This document shows positions 28,617 through 38,967 of a DNA stretch of 64,000 nt, piece after piece. A program made the position numbers and the translations under genes. Every line of letters begins with the position of its first letter. The stretch's first letter is position 1. Location: positions 160,001 through 224,000 of the forward strand of contig OZ245366.1 of assembly GCA_965226585.1 (NCBI GenBank), read 5' to 3'. The DNA is from Thermodesulfobacteriota bacterium (GTDB taxonomy: Bacteria > Desulfobacterota_D > UBA1144 > Nemesobacterales > Mycalebacteriaceae). A model generated the notes under the pieces. It did not search any database and had not been told where the DNA came from. It worked only from the letters and a program-made list of their open reading frames with translations.

Positions 28617-29438
28617 TTATAAATTCTCGTCCCGCCGTCCGGCGGTTTCAAACAATCTATCAGAAACCAGAGAAAATTCTTCAAGCCCCACGGTTTCCGC
28701 CCTTCTCTCCCCTTCAACCCCGGCGGCTTTGAGGGCGTCTTCAACCTCCGAGCGCGGGAAAACGGAAAGCAGGGAATTGCGTATCATCTTCCTGCGCCCC
28801 GAAAAAGCGGCGCGAACCGTCTTTGCGTAAAACCTCTCGCTTTTCAGGGCAAATCGCGTTTTTTCAAGCGGCGTGAGCCGGACAACCGAAGAAGTAACCG
28901 CGGGGCGGGGCGTGAAAAGTTCCGGGGAAACGTCAAAAAGTTTTTCCACATCAAACGTCATCTGAAAGTTGACTGTAAGCGCGCCGTATGATTTGCCCCC
29001 CGGCGAGGCGGCAAGCCTCAGGGCGACCTCTTTTTGAAGCATTACAACGGCAACTGAAAAAATGCCTCTGCTCTCAGCAAGCAGACGTAGAACACCCGAT
29101 GAAATTCCGTACGGAAGGTTGGAAACCAGTTTCAGCGGGCGTCCCGAATAAAACCTTTCTAATCCCGTTTTCATTACATCGCCCGGCACAAGCGTGAACC
29201 TTTCATCCGCCTTTATATCTTCGGGGAAAATCTCCACGAGGCGCGTGTCTTTTTCGAGCGAGAGGAGAGTTTTGCAGTTTTTCAAAAGGGCGCGGGTGAG
29301 GGTTCCGTATCCGGGACCTATCTCAATCACATCGTCTGAGCCGTCAAGTTTTGCGGCGGCGCACATTCTTTCAAGTGTCGGGACATGCCTGAGGAAGTTC
29401 TGACCCAGCCGTTTTGCGGGCTTGAGAGGAAGAGACAT
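28617..29438 (-). CDS. rsmA: 16S rRNA adenine dimethyltransferase RsmA/KsgA
   Basis: KRLGQNFL, EIGPGYG.LT, SNLPY, MLQKEVA.RL, F.P.P.V.S, F..RRK. Confidence 0.96.
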   Translation of the reverse strand: MSLPLKPAKRLGQNFLRHVPTLERMCAAAKLDGSDDVIEIGPGYGTLTRALLKNCKTLLSLEKDTRLVEIFPEDIKADERFTLVPGDVMKTGLERFYSGRPLKLVSNLPYGISSGVLRLLAESRGIFSVAVVMLQKEVALRLAASPGGKSYGALTVNFQMTFDVEKLFDVSPELFTPRPAVTSSVVRLTPLEKTRFALKSERFYAKTVRAAFSGRRKMIRNSLLSVFPRSEVEDALKAAGVEGERRAETVGLEEFSLVSDRLFETAGRRDENL

Positions 29439-29442
29439 TTTT

Positions 29443-29721
29443 TCAGCGGCGGAAGATAAATATCTTCTCGCCCCCCTTTATGAGACCAAGTTTTTCCCGT
29501 ATAAGCCTTTCCGTGTGTCTGTCGTCTGAGCCGTTTTTCTCTGCGGAATCTGAAAGCGCGTTCAGTCTGTCTCTGCGGACGGTGAGTTCCTCTATACGTT
29601 TTTCAAGCCCGGAGTTCTCACGCTTCAGCACGGAAAGTTTCCTGAACTCAAAGGCGTAGAGAACACAGAATACCGCCACAAAGGCAAGCGCGAAAAATCT
29701 GATAAAACGGGGAAGATCCAT
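29443..29721 (-). CDS. Septum formation initiator FtsB/DivIC-like protein
   Basis: TM plus coiled coil plus ERLIREKLGLIKGGE.IF. Confidence 0.75.
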   Translation of the reverse strand: MDLPRFIRFFALAFVAVFCVLYAFEFRKLSVLKRENSGLEKRIEELTVRRDRLNALSDSAEKNGSDDRHTERLIREKLGLIKGGEKIFIFRR

Positions 29722-29827
29722 AGAACGAACTTCCGCCCGTGAAAAATCGGGCGACACCGGAATTGCAGAGAATACTTGATTGACGCTTTGAAACCAAAAC
29801 CGGACGGGGATTTCTCTGCTCTTCTGC

Positions 29828-29856
29828 TTGTGAAACCAGCCAGACGCCTGTATCAT
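29828..29856 (+). promoter_or_regulatory. Putative promoter of gmd
   Basis: TTGTGA-17-TATCAT. Confidence 0.45.
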
Positions 29857-29905
29857 TCGCACAAGTCCGGAGGGCGTGAAAACAAGGCTTGCGGACGGAG
29901 AAAAC

Positions 29906-30928
29906 ATGGCAAAAACAGCTTTGATAACCGGCATCGCCGGACAAGACGGTTCGTATCTGGCGAAGCTTCTTCTGGACAAGGGCTACAGGGTCATCGGGGG
30001 AGACCGCCGGACATCCCGCGGCAGTTTCTGGCGAATGGACGCGAGCGGAATCCGCGACAAAATAGAGTCTGTTTATTTTGAACTGACCGAACTCACAAAC
30101 ATCCGCCGGATGGTGAAGAGATACGCCCCCGATGAGATATACAACCTCGCGGCGCAGTCTTTTGTGCCGGCAAGTTTTGAACTCCCTCTCTCAACTGTTG
30201 ACACAACCGGAACCTCAGTTTTCCGCATACTGGAAACCGTAAGAGACATAAACCCCGAAATCAGGTTCTATCAGGCGTCAACTTCGGAGATGTTCGGCAA
30301 GGTGGCGGAAACGCCGCAGACTGAAAAAACCCCCTTCTACCCGCGCAGTCCCTACGGCATATCAAAACTTCTGGCGCACTGGGCAACAGTCAATTACCGC
30401 GAGTCATACGGGATTTACGCGGCAAGCGGAATACTGTTCAACCACGAGTCCCCTCTCAGAAGCGAGGAGTTTGTAAGCCGCAAAATTACTTCGGGTCTGG
30501 CAAAGGTGAAAAGCGGCATGGCGGAAACGGTTGAGCTCGGCAACCTTGAAGCGAGAAGAGACTGGGGATTTGCGGGCGACTATGTGGAGGCGATGTGGCT
30601 TATGCTTCAGGCAGACCGGGCGGATGACTACGTGATAGCCACGGGGGAAACCCATTCGGTGAGAGAGTTTGTTGACATAGCGGCTCCGCACTTCGGGTTC
30701 GACATCGAGTGGGAAGGGGAAAATGAGAACGAGAGGGGAATTGACAAAAAAACCGGCAGGGAAATTATCAGTGTAAATCCGGATTTTTTCCGCCCCGCCG
30801 AAGTGTCTTTCCTTCAGGGCGATTCAAGCAAGGCGCGTGAAAAACTGGGCTGGGAGCCGAAAGTGCCTTTTGAAAAACTCGTGGAAATGATGGCATTGAA
30901 CGACCTTGAGATAACAAAAAACGCCTGA
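29906..30928 (+). CDS. gmd: GDP-mannose 4,6-dehydratase
   Basis: ALITGIAGQDGSYLA, YNLAAQS, YQASTSEMFG, PRSPYG.SKL, LFNHESP, RDWG.AGDYV. Confidence 0.96.
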   Translation: MAKTALITGIAGQDGSYLAKLLLDKGYRVIGGDRRTSRGSFWRMDASGIRDKIESVYFELTELTNIRRMVKRYAPDEIYNLAAQSFVPASFELPLSTVDTTGTSVFRILETVRDINPEIRFYQASTSEMFGKVAETPQTEKTPFYPRSPYGISKLLAHWATVNYRESYGIYAASGILFNHESPLRSEEFVSRKITSGLAKVKSGMAETVELGNLEARRDWGFAGDYVEAMWLMLQADRADDYVIATGETHSVREFVDIAAPHFGFDIEWEGENENERGIDKKTGREIISVNPDFFRPAEVSFLQGDSSKAREKLGWEPKVPFEKLVEMMALNDLEITKNA

Positions 30929-30946
30929 AAACCTTTCCCGTAAATA

Positions 30947-31579
30947 TCAGTAGCCGTGCAGAAACGGGTTGGATTCCTTTTCAATTCCGATTGTGGTGGC
31001 GGGCCCGTGCCCGGAAAGAACATGGTGGGTGTCGGGATAGACAAGCAATTTTTCTCTGATTGAGCCCACAAGTTCGCCCATTGTTGTTCCGCCGGTAAGG
31101 TCAACCCTTCCAACGCTTCCGGCAAAAAGAGTGTCGCCCGATATAATCACGTCATTAACAACAAGGCAGATGCTTCCCCATGTGTGCCCGGGCACAAGAA
31201 GCACATCGGCTTCAAGCCCTCCGATTTTGATTTTCTGCCCCTCCTCAACGTATTCCTCAACTTCGGGAGTTTTAACGTCTCCGAAAGCGGGATACCTTCG
31301 GCACGCTTCGGGCAGTATGTCCAGAACGGGCTGTTCTTTTTCGTGAATGCTGAAAGGAACTTTAAGCAGATCTTTCGCGGTCTGCACACCGGCAACATGG
31401 TCTATATGCGTGTGCGTGTTGACTATGCGGGTTATCTTGAGGCCGGTTTTCTCAACCTCCGCCATTATCTCGGCTATCTGTTCTCCGGGGTCTATGAGGA
31501 TGCCTTCGCCTTTCTCCTCATCGCCCACGATGTAGCAGTTTGTGAGGAACATCCCTCCGGCAACGCATCTTATTATCAC
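30947..31579 (-). CDS. MBL-fold metallo-hydrolase (glyoxalase II / YcbL-like)
   Basis: TNCY, THTHIDHV, PGHT.GS, SGDTLFAGSVGRVD, GHGPATTIG.EK..NPF. Confidence 0.92.
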   Translation of the reverse strand: MIIRCVAGGMFLTNCYIVGDEEKGEGILIDPGEQIAEIMAEVEKTGLKITRIVNTHTHIDHVAGVQTAKDLLKVPFSIHEKEQPVLDILPEACRRYPAFGDVKTPEVEEYVEEGQKIKIGGLEADVLLVPGHTWGSICLVVNDVIISGDTLFAGSVGRVDLTGGTTMGELVGSIREKLLVYPDTHHVLSGHGPATTIGIEKESNPFLHGY

Positions 31580-31622
31580 AGTCTCACCTTGAGTCCGAGA
31601 CTACCCACGACCACAGCCGGTG

Positions 31623-33113
31623 TCAAAACTGTTTGCCCTCAGCCTCATAAAGCGACCACTTGCCGCTTCGCGCAACCATCCGGAACGGGCCCAGAGAATC
31701 CTGTTTTTCAAATCTGTCTCCGCGCGCGAGAACGTATTTGTAGCAGCAGGCATAATCCTTCCAGTTTGGACGCCCCAGAACTTCACGCATATCAAGCCGG
31801 GAACGGTACCATATCGGGAACGCCGGATTCATAAGGTAGGGGCTCGCCCCGCCGCCGACAACGGAGTGGTAGTATTCGGGAACGTGTTCATGAAACTGAT
31901 AGAAATAGGACGGGTCGATATGAACACTTTTTCCGTTTTCCACGACTGGAAGGACGGTGGAGTTTTTCTCCATCCGCTCGAGAACGGGCTGAATTTCCGC
32001 TATCTCGCCCGACAGTTTCAACTGAAGCCCCGCCTGCCACAGAAGTACCGCCGCCACAAGAACAGCGAATATTCTTCCCGCAAAACGGCACATGGGAATA
32101 TTTGACAGGACAACGGCGATGAGGAAATAGACGACCGCGACAAGCCGTATGTTGAAGTAGGTGAACGGAGACGCCGGGCTGAACGGGAAAGCGAAAAATC
32201 CCAGCGCGGCAATTGCGAGCAGTGTCAGGTCGAGTGTGGAGAAGCGGGTTTTTCCTCTCATCCGCCACGCGGCGTAGGCAAGGAAAATGCCGACCGCGCA
32301 CCACAGCCCGACCGCCGCCCAGTCCGGCCCGTTTGTAAGTTTCATGCCGGAAAACATGAGGAGGAAAAACTGAACCGTGCTCTCAAGGGGCCACCAGCGG
32401 GGGGCGATATCAACGCCGCCCGAACCGGCTGACAAAAAATACCACGTTACGAAAAACAGAAAGAAACCGCCCGCAAGAAAAACGCCGCGCAAAAACGCCC
32501 ATCCGCTTTTGAACAGACAGATTACGCCCGTAAATCCGGCATAAACAGCCGAAGTGAGGGGATGGCAGAGAAATATCACCGCCTGAAACGGAAGGTGAGA
32601 CACCGCCGCGCGAGGGGTCAGCGGCTTTTCCAGAACCGAGTTGAAATGCCTGAGTCCGAGCATAAGTATCGGAACGGATATGAAGTATCCCATGAGCCCC
32701 AGCATATAGGTCTGGTTGAACGCGAGAGGAAAAAGCAGAAGGAGTCCCCACGGAACGTTTTGCCGGTTACGGGACTCAACGAACACAAACACGGCGGTCA
32801 GCAGAATGTAAAAAGAGAGAAATATTCTGCCCGCCGCCTCTATGCCGAACCACGGCTCAAAAATCCGCAGAAACCAGAAGGTGAAGGTGAACGAACCGTA
32901 ACTGTTGCGCAGTTCAAAAAACTCGCTCCAGTTATACGCCGGGCTGTCAAAGGTTGCGGCGGCAAATCCCACAAACAGCCTCATCGGGTAGTCCTGAAGC
33001 GGAACAAAATCCGCCGCCCATATCAGTGCCACACAAAACGCCGCAAAGACCGACACAAGGATGTGGAACTCCCTTGACCCACCTCCTCCGGTTGAGCTTT
33101 CTTCAGGTTTCAA
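31623..33113 (-). CDS. Multi-pass membrane protein, possibly GT-C-like glycosyltransferase
   Basis: About 10-11 TM segments; acidic PLQDYP motif in the first external loop; soluble C-terminal domain. Confidence 0.55.
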   Translation of the reverse strand: MKPEESSTGGGGSREFHILVSVFAAFCVALIWAADFVPLQDYPMRLFVGFAAATFDSPAYNWSEFFELRNSYGSFTFTFWFLRIFEPWFGIEAAGRIFLSFYILLTAVFVFVESRNRQNVPWGLLLLFPLAFNQTYMLGLMGYFISVPILMLGLRHFNSVLEKPLTPRAAVSHLPFQAVIFLCHPLTSAVYAGFTGVICLFKSGWAFLRGVFLAGGFFLFFVTWYFLSAGSGGVDIAPRWWPLESTVQFFLLMFSGMKLTNGPDWAAVGLWCAVGIFLAYAAWRMRGKTRFSTLDLTLLAIAALGFFAFPFSPASPFTYFNIRLVAVVYFLIAVVLSNIPMCRFAGRIFAVLVAAVLLWQAGLQLKLSGEIAEIQPVLERMEKNSTVLPVVENGKSVHIDPSYFYQFHEHVPEYYHSVVGGGASPYLMNPAFPIWYRSRLDMREVLGRPNWKDYACCYKYVLARGDRFEKQDSLGPFRMVARSGKWSLYEAEGKQF

Positions 33114-33129
33114 AACGGATGCCTACGGG

Positions 33130-33780
33130 CTAATTGCCCCAGGTTTTTTTCAAATAGCCTTCCCTGCCCGAACCCCTTTTATAGTTTCCGTAATGGACGG
33201 GGTTTTTCTTGTAGTAGTCCTGATGGTATTCCTCTGCGCGCCAGAAAGTGGTGGCGGGAACAATTTGAGTAACGATGGGTTCAGAGAATTTACCTGAGTC
33301 CTCAATCTCTTTTTTTGACTTCTCAGCGAGTTCTCTCTGTTTATCGCTGTAGTAGAAAATCGCCGTTCTGTAATGCCTTCCCTTGTCGGCAAACTGCCCG
33401 GCGGGGTCGGTCGGGTCTATGTTTATCCAGAAAGTCCCGAGCAAATCCTCGTACGAAATCTTTTTCGGGTCGTAGAAAACCTCAACAACTTCGGCGTGTC
33501 CGGTCAGCCCGTGCGACACTTGCTCGTAAGTGGGGTTTTCCTCCTTTCCGCCCTGATACCCGGAGTGCACATACTTCACGCCTTCCAGACGCTCAAACGG
33601 CGGCTCCATACACCAGAAGCAACCGCCGGCAAAAGACGCCTTTTCGTATTTCTCCGAGAGCGCGGCTATATCTTCGGCGGTTTTTATTTCGGTTTCAGTA
33701 CTCACGATTGAACCTGTGGTCCCGCATGAAAGCAGAACAAGAGCCGCGACCGCGACAAGAGCCGGATTGAAAAAACGCAA
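33130..33780 (-). CDS. msrA: Peptide-methionine (S)-S-oxide reductase with lipoprotein signal
   Basis: FAGGCFWC, NPTYEQV, TGHAEVV, AEEYHQDYY. TTG start at 33780 gives MRFFNPALVAVAALVLLSC. Confidence 0.93.
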   Translation of the reverse strand: MRFFNPALVAVAALVLLSCGTTGSIVSTETEIKTAEDIAALSEKYEKASFAGGCFWCMEPPFERLEGVKYVHSGYQGGKEENPTYEQVSHGLTGHAEVVEVFYDPKKISYEDLLGTFWINIDPTDPAGQFADKGRHYRTAIFYYSDKQRELAEKSKKEIEDSGKFSEPIVTQIVPATTFWRAEEYHQDYYKKNPVHYGNYKRGSGREGYLKKTWGN

Positions 33781-33790
33781 CGTGCGCCGC

Positions 33791-34423
33791 TCAGACGGGC
33801 TGTTTCGTGTATCGCAGGTAAGGCTTTTTGGCATCCCACCCGTCCGGAAACATCTTCTTCGCGTCTTCATCGGAAACCGCGGGAACGATGATAACGTCAT
33901 CTCCCTGCTTCCAGTTTGCGGGTGTCGCCACCTTGCTTTTGTCGGTCATCTGCATGCTGTCAAGCACGCGCAGTATCTCGTCAAAGTTTCTTCCCGTGCT
34001 CGCCGGGTATGTGATGGTGAGCCGCACCTTTTTGTTCGGGTCTATAATGAAAACGCTTCGCACGGTCATCGTGTCGTTTGCGGAAGGATGAATCATTCCG
34101 TAAAGGTCCGCGACTTTTCTTTCTGAATCCGCCAGCATGGGAAAATTGACTGCCGCGCCCTGAGTCTCCTCTATGTCGGACTTCCATTTCACGTGGTCTT
34201 CAACGCTGTCCACCGAAAGGCCGATAACCTTGACGCCCCTTTTATCAAACTCCTGTCTGATGCGCGCCACCTCGCCGAGTTCGGTTGTGCAAACCGGCGT
34301 GAAGTCTTTGGGATGGGAAAAAAGCACACCCCAGCTGTCTCCAAGCCATTTGTGAAAACTGATAGTTCCCTCAGTTGATTCCTGAGTAAAATCCGGTGCT
34401 GTGTCGCCAAGTTGTAATGCCAT
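33791..34423 (-). CDS. 1-Cys peroxiredoxin (Prx6)
   Basis: FSHPKDFTPVCTTELG, YPASTGRNFDEILR, TPANW. SD AAGGAGGG. Confidence 0.95.
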   Translation of the reverse strand: MALQLGDTAPDFTQESTEGTISFHKWLGDSWGVLFSHPKDFTPVCTTELGEVARIRQEFDKRGVKVIGLSVDSVEDHVKWKSDIEETQGAAVNFPMLADSERKVADLYGMIHPSANDTMTVRSVFIIDPNKKVRLTITYPASTGRNFDEILRVLDSMQMTDKSKVATPANWKQGDDVIIVPAVSDEDAKKMFPDGWDAKKPYLRYTKQPV

Positions 34424-34464
34424 TGAAAAAGCCCTCCTTTTGAATAACAATCTCTCCCATAATA

Positions 34465-35526
34465 CTAAGCAAGTGTTATGAGATTTTCAATATAGACGTC
34501 TTGAACAGCGTGGAGCAGGGCAACGCCTTCCTTCATCGGTTTTTGAAACGCCTTTCTTCCGGTTATAAGCCCCATTCCGCCCGCCCGCTTGTTGATAACC
34601 GCCGTTCTGACCGCCGCGCGCACATCATCTCCTCCGGCGGAAGCTCCGCCCGAATTTATCATTCCTATTCTGCCCATGTAGCAGTTCACAACCTGATAAC
34701 GGGTGAGGTCTATGGGGTGTTCCGAAGTCATGCGGGAGTAGACGGCGGGGCTTGTTTTGCCGAATTTCAGGGCTTTGAAGCCGCCGTTGTTTTCGGGCTG
34801 TTTCTGTTTGACGATATCCGCCTGTATGGTTGCGGCAAGGTGGTTTGCCTGCCCCGTCAGGTCGGCGGCGGTGTGGTAGTCGGTTTTGTCTTTTTTGAAA
34901 GCGGGGTTTCTCAAGTACGCCCACAAAACGGTAACCATGCCAAGTTCATGAGCGCGGGCAAAGGCGTCTGAAATTTCCTCAATCTGCCTCGCGCTTTCCT
35001 GAGACCCGAAATACACGGTTGCCCCGATTCCGGCGGCTCCCATTTCAAAAGCGCGCTCTGTGCCCGCAAAAAGTGTCTGGTCGTATTTCTCGGGATAGGT
35101 GAGCAGTTCGTTGTGGTTTATCTTCACTATGAAGGGGATTTTATGCGCGTACTTTCTCGCCACGGCTCCCAGCCCGCCCACTGTGGAGGCAACCGCGTTG
35201 CAGCCGCCCTCAATGGCGAGGCGCACTATATTTTCAGGGTCAAAGTATTCCGGGTTCGGGGCAAAAGACGCTCCGGCGGAGTGTTCAACCCCCTGGTCAA
35301 CCGGAAGAATTGAGACGTAGCCCGTGCCGCCGAGCCGTCCGCTGTTCAGTATCTGCTGAAAGTTTCTCATAACCGCGGGCGACCTGTCGGTCTGAGAGAA
35401 AACCTCATCCACATATCCCGCTCCCGGCGGGTGCAGGGATGATGAGGGAACTTTGCACTCGTGGGTGAGAAGCGTTTCCGCCTCATCGCCGAGAAGTTCT
35501 GTTATTTTGTCAATTGATTGCGGCAT
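34465..35526 (-). CDS. fbaB: Class I fructose-bisphosphate aldolase
   Basis: [46 protein letters not shown]. Confidence 0.95.
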   Translation of the reverse strand: MPQSIDKITELLGDEAETLLTHECKVPSSSLHPPGAGYVDEVFSQTDRSPAVMRNFQQILNSGRLGGTGYVSILPVDQGVEHSAGASFAPNPEYFDPENIVRLAIEGGCNAVASTVGGLGAVARKYAHKIPFIVKINHNELLTYPEKYDQTLFAGTERAFEMGAAGIGATVYFGSQESARQIEEISDAFARAHELGMVTVLWAYLRNPAFKKDKTDYHTAADLTGQANHLAATIQADIVKQKQPENNGGFKALKFGKTSPAVYSRMTSEHPIDLTRYQVVNCYMGRIGMINSGGASAGGDDVRAAVRTAVINKRAGGMGLITGRKAFQKPMKEGVALLHAVQDVYIENLITLA

Positions 35527-35600
35527 TGAAGAAAACCCGCGCCGGGGTCTAAGGATAACCGACCCCGCGCGCCGCGTAAACAAAGGCGCGGGCGGCGCGG

Positions 35601-36800
35601 TCAGCCGGTTTCATCCAGAATCATAATGCCCGGAAGGCTTTCGCCGCCGATAAACTTCAGCGCGGCTCCACCGCCCGTTGAGACGTGCCTGAGTTCCGAG
35701 CCGAGAACCTCCGCCTTGCGTATCGCGGCTATGCTCTCCCCTCCGCCCACAACGGTTGTTGCCCCGCGCCACGTGGCAAGAGCCATCGAGCGCGCCACCT
35801 GCGTTGTGCCGTTGGAAAATCCGTCAAACTCAAAAACCCCCATGGGTCCGTTCCAGAAAATGGTTTTCTTGTCTTTTATGTGCGAGGTGAAATTGACTAT
35901 GGTCTGGGGCCCTATGTCAAAACCCTTCATGTGCTCCGGTATGTCGCCCTCAACCAGAATGGGATTCTTGGTCATGTCCGTGTCTTCGGCGACAACATGG
36001 TCTTGAGGAAGAACGATTTTATCCCCGAACTCCCTTACCGCCTTTTCAGCCCACCCTATCATCTCCTCTTCAACAATTGACTGCCCGATGCAAGTGCCGG
36101 TCGCCTTGAGAAAGGTGTAGGCGACACCGCCGCCGATAAGTATCTGGTCTGCCTTTTCAAGCAGGTTTTCAAGGGCGCTGATTTTGTCCTTTATCTTCGC
36201 GCCGCCCACTATAACAAGGTAGGGCCTTTCGGGATTGCGTATGAGAGTGTCAAAAAACTTTATCTCCCTGTCCACAACAAAACCGGCGAGTTTTTTCCCG
36301 AAATGCTCGGCAAGCCCGTAGGTTGAAGCGTGCCTGCGGTGCGAGGTTCCGAACGCGTCATTGACGTATATGTCGCCAAGTTCTGAAAGCTGGCGGCAAA
36401 ACTCCGGGTCGCAGTTTTTCTCTCCGGGGCAGAAGCGCAGATTTTCAAGGAAAAGAACCTCGCCCTCTTCCATCCCCGAAACCGCTTTTTTCACTTCATC
36501 CCCCGCCACACCGCCCGGAAACTTCACCTCTTTGCCAAGCAGTTCGCCCAGCCGTCCGGCAACCGGGGCGAGAGAAAGCGATTCCACAAACCTTCCGGCG
36601 GGACGACCCAGATGGGAAGCGAGAACGGTTTTCGCCCCGCGCTCCACAAGGTAGTCAATGGTTGGAAGAGAACGCCGTATTCTGTAATCCTCTGTTATTT
36701 TTCCGCCCTTGAGCGGAACGTTAAAATCCACCCTGACGAAGAAAGTTTTTCCTTTTATCTCTGAATCTGAAAGGTCGGAAACAACCATTTTTGACTTCAC
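35601..36800 (-). CDS. pgk: Phosphoglycerate kinase
   Basis: [52 protein letters not shown]. Confidence 0.97.
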   Translation of the reverse strand: MKSKMVVSDLSDSEIKGKTFFVRVDFNVPLKGGKITEDYRIRRSLPTIDYLVERGAKTVLASHLGRPAGRFVESLSLAPVAGRLGELLGKEVKFPGGVAGDEVKKAVSGMEEGEVLFLENLRFCPGEKNCDPEFCRQLSELGDIYVNDAFGTSHRRHASTYGLAEHFGKKLAGFVVDREIKFFDTLIRNPERPYLVIVGGAKIKDKISALENLLEKADQILIGGGVAYTFLKATGTCIGQSIVEEEMIGWAEKAVREFGDKIVLPQDHVVAEDTDMTKNPILVEGDIPEHMKGFDIGPQTIVNFTSHIKDKKTIFWNGPMGVFEFDGFSNGTTQVARSMALATWRGATTVVGGGESIAAIRKAEVLGSELRHVSTGGGAALKFIGGESLPGIMILDETG

Positions 36801-37807
36801 TTTGCGCGCTCCGCCATAAGGGAAACAAGGTCTGCAACTCTTGATGAATAGCCGTATTCGTTGTCATACCACGCCACCACTTTGACGAGTTTTCCGTCTG
36901 TAACGGAAGTGAGAAACGGGTCAAAAACTGCGGATTCCGGTCTTCCCACAAGGTCTGTGGACACAAGTTCGCTCTCAAGAAATCCCACGTAACCGGCAAG
37001 TTCTCCGGCTGAAGCGTCTTTGAAAGCGGCGTTGACAGCTTCGGGTGTCGTCTCCTTCTCAACCTCGCACGAGAAGTCCACAAGGGAAACGTTCGGTGTC
37101 GGCACCCTTATCGCCATCGCCGAAAGCTTCCCCTTGAGTTCGGGAAAAACAACCTGAATAACCTCCGCCGCTCCGGTTGAAGTCGGGATTATGGACTCCG
37201 CCGCCGCGCGCGCGCGTCTCAGGTCGGAATGCGGCGCGTCATGTATCCGCTGGTCGCTTGTGTAGGAATGGACGGTTGTCATCTCCCCTCTTTTCACCGT
37301 GAAGTTTTCGTGCAGAATCTTCACGAGCATACTGAAACAGTTGGTTGTGCAGGAAGCATTTGAAACTATGTGGTGTTTTGCGGGGTCGTAGCCGCCGCCG
37401 TTTACGCCAAGAACGGTTGTGAGGTCAACATCGCCTTTTGCGGGCGCGGTGATAACAACCTTCTTAACCGTTTTTCCCGTGTGCAGAGCGGCTTGCTCTT
37501 TTGTGCGGAATATGCCGGTTGACTCAACAACAATGTCTGTGCCGCAATCTTCCCACCCGATGTCCGAGGGGTTTTTTTCAGAAAATATCCTTATCAGTTT
37601 GCCGTCAATCTCAATGCCGTCTTCGCGCGCTTTAACCTCTCCGGGATAGACACCGAAAACGGAGTCGTACTTGAAAAGATGAGCCAGCGTGCCGGCGGGG
37701 GCTATGTCGTTTACGGCGACAAAATCAAGGTCGTCCCTTCCCAGACCTATCCTGAGAACGCTGCGTCCGATTCTGCCGAATCCGTTTATTCCTATTTTGG
37801 CTTTCAT
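36797..37807 (-). CDS. gap: Type I glyceraldehyde-3-phosphate dehydrogenase
   Basis: GINGFGRIGR, SNASCTTNC, RRARAAA, RVPTPNVS, WYDNEYGY. Confidence 0.97.
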   Translation of the reverse strand: MKAKIGINGFGRIGRSVLRIGLGRDDLDFVAVNDIAPAGTLAHLFKYDSVFGVYPGEVKAREDGIEIDGKLIRIFSEKNPSDIGWEDCGTDIVVESTGIFRTKEQAALHTGKTVKKVVITAPAKGDVDLTTVLGVNGGGYDPAKHHIVSNASCTTNCFSMLVKILHENFTVKRGEMTTVHSYTSDQRIHDAPHSDLRRARAAAESIIPTSTGAAEVIQVVFPELKGKLSAMAIRVPTPNVSLVDFSCEVEKETTPEAVNAAFKDASAGELAGYVGFLESELVSTDLVGRPESAVFDPFLTSVTDGKLVKVVAWYDNEYGYSSRVADLVSLMAERAK

Positions 37808-37929
37808 TGAAACAGTTCCGGAGTTGAGAATGTAGATAATATCACCCGTCTTGCGGGGGCGCAATAAGCCGCCCGGAGGCGGAGAGATTTCTCTCTTGAA
37901 ACTTCCCCGTGTATTATGTCGGTTCAGTT

Positions 37930-38967
37930 ATGGCAACAATAAAAGCGGCGGTTTTCGGGGCAAGCGGATACACGGGCGGGGAGCTGTTGAGGCTTCTTGC
38001 CGGGCACGGGTTTGCGGAAACGGTTTGGGCGTGCGCGGACAAAAACGCGGGAAAAAAGGTTTCCGAAGTTTTTCCCCACCTCGCGGGCATCGCGGATATG
38101 AAACTGCGTCCGTCAGATCCAAAACTTCTTCCGGCGGATGTGGATGTTGTTTTCACCGCGCTTCCTCACGGGGCGTCTTCAAGGATAATGAAGCGGCTTC
38201 TGGCAAAGGGCGCGCGGGTTATTGATTTGGGCGCAGACTTCCGCCTTCCCTACGCGAAATACAAAAAATGGTACGGGGCGCATCCGTGCCCGGAGTTGAT
38301 AAAAACCGCCGTCTATGGAATGACGGAACTTGAAACCGCGAAACTGCCTTCGGCGAAACTGGTGGCAAATCCCGGCTGTTACCCGACCGGAGCGGTAACC
38401 GCGCTCGCGCCTTTTGTTAACGCCGGTGTGATAGCGGACGGCAGAGTAACGGTGGACTCAAAATCGGGCGTGAGCGGAGCGGGGCGCAACCCGCAGGCGG
38501 AAACGGTTTTCGGTGAAGTGAACGAGGCGATGACGGCTTACAAACCGAACGCCCACAGGCATCTTCCGGAAATTGAGAACGCGCTGTCGTTTGGCGGCGT
38601 GAAGATAAAGGCGGATTTCACGCCGCATCTGATTCCGGTGGACAGAGGGATTTTGACGACCGCCTACTTCCGGCTGAGCCGCAAGGCAAACGCCTCCGCG
38701 CTTTTGAAGATTGCGAAAGATTACTATTCGGCAAGCCGTTTTGTGCGGATATGTCCGCCGGGTGTCTGCCCCGGAACGGCGAATGTGCGCGGCTCAAACT
38801 ACTGCGATATCGGAGCCGCCGTGTCGGAAGACGGCAAAACCGCGACCGTGATGTCTGCGATAGACAACCTCGTAAAGGGAGCCGCCGGGCAGGCGGTTCA
38901 TAACATGAACTTTATGTTCGGCTTTGAAGAAGACGAAGGTCTGAAATCCCCGCCGCTCTTTCCGTAA
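37930..38967 (+). CDS. argC: N-acetyl-gamma-glutamyl-phosphate reductase
   Basis: GASGYTGGELLRLL, ALPHG, ANPGCYPT, SGVSGAGR, IDNLVKGAAGQA. Confidence 0.97.
   Translation: MATIKAAVFGASGYTGGELLRLLAGHGFAETVWACADKNAGKKVSEVFPHLAGIADMKLRPSDPKLLPADVDVVFTALPHGASSRIMKRLLAKGARVIDLGADFRLPYAKYKKWYGAHPCPELIKTAVYGMTELETAKLPSAKLVANPGCYPTGAVTALAPFVNAGVIADGRVTVDSKSGVSGAGRNPQAETVFGEVNEAMTAYKPNAHRHLPEIENALSFGGVKIKADFTPHLIPVDRGILTTAYFRLSRKANASALLKIAKDYYSASRFVRICPPGVCPGTANVRGSNYCDIGAAVSEDGKTATVMSAIDNLVKGAAGQAVHNMNFMFGFEEDEGLKSPPLFP

Noticed and set aside
29722..29905. Possible housekeeping ncRNA (SRP, 6S) or ops/JUMPstart before gmd
   Set aside because: No SRP GGAA-loop motif and no GGCGGTAG ops; divergent promoter hexamers account for most of it.
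37851..37896. Three tiny tandem hairpins between gap and argC
   Set aside because: Stems are only about 5 bp in GC-rich DNA and are expected by chance.
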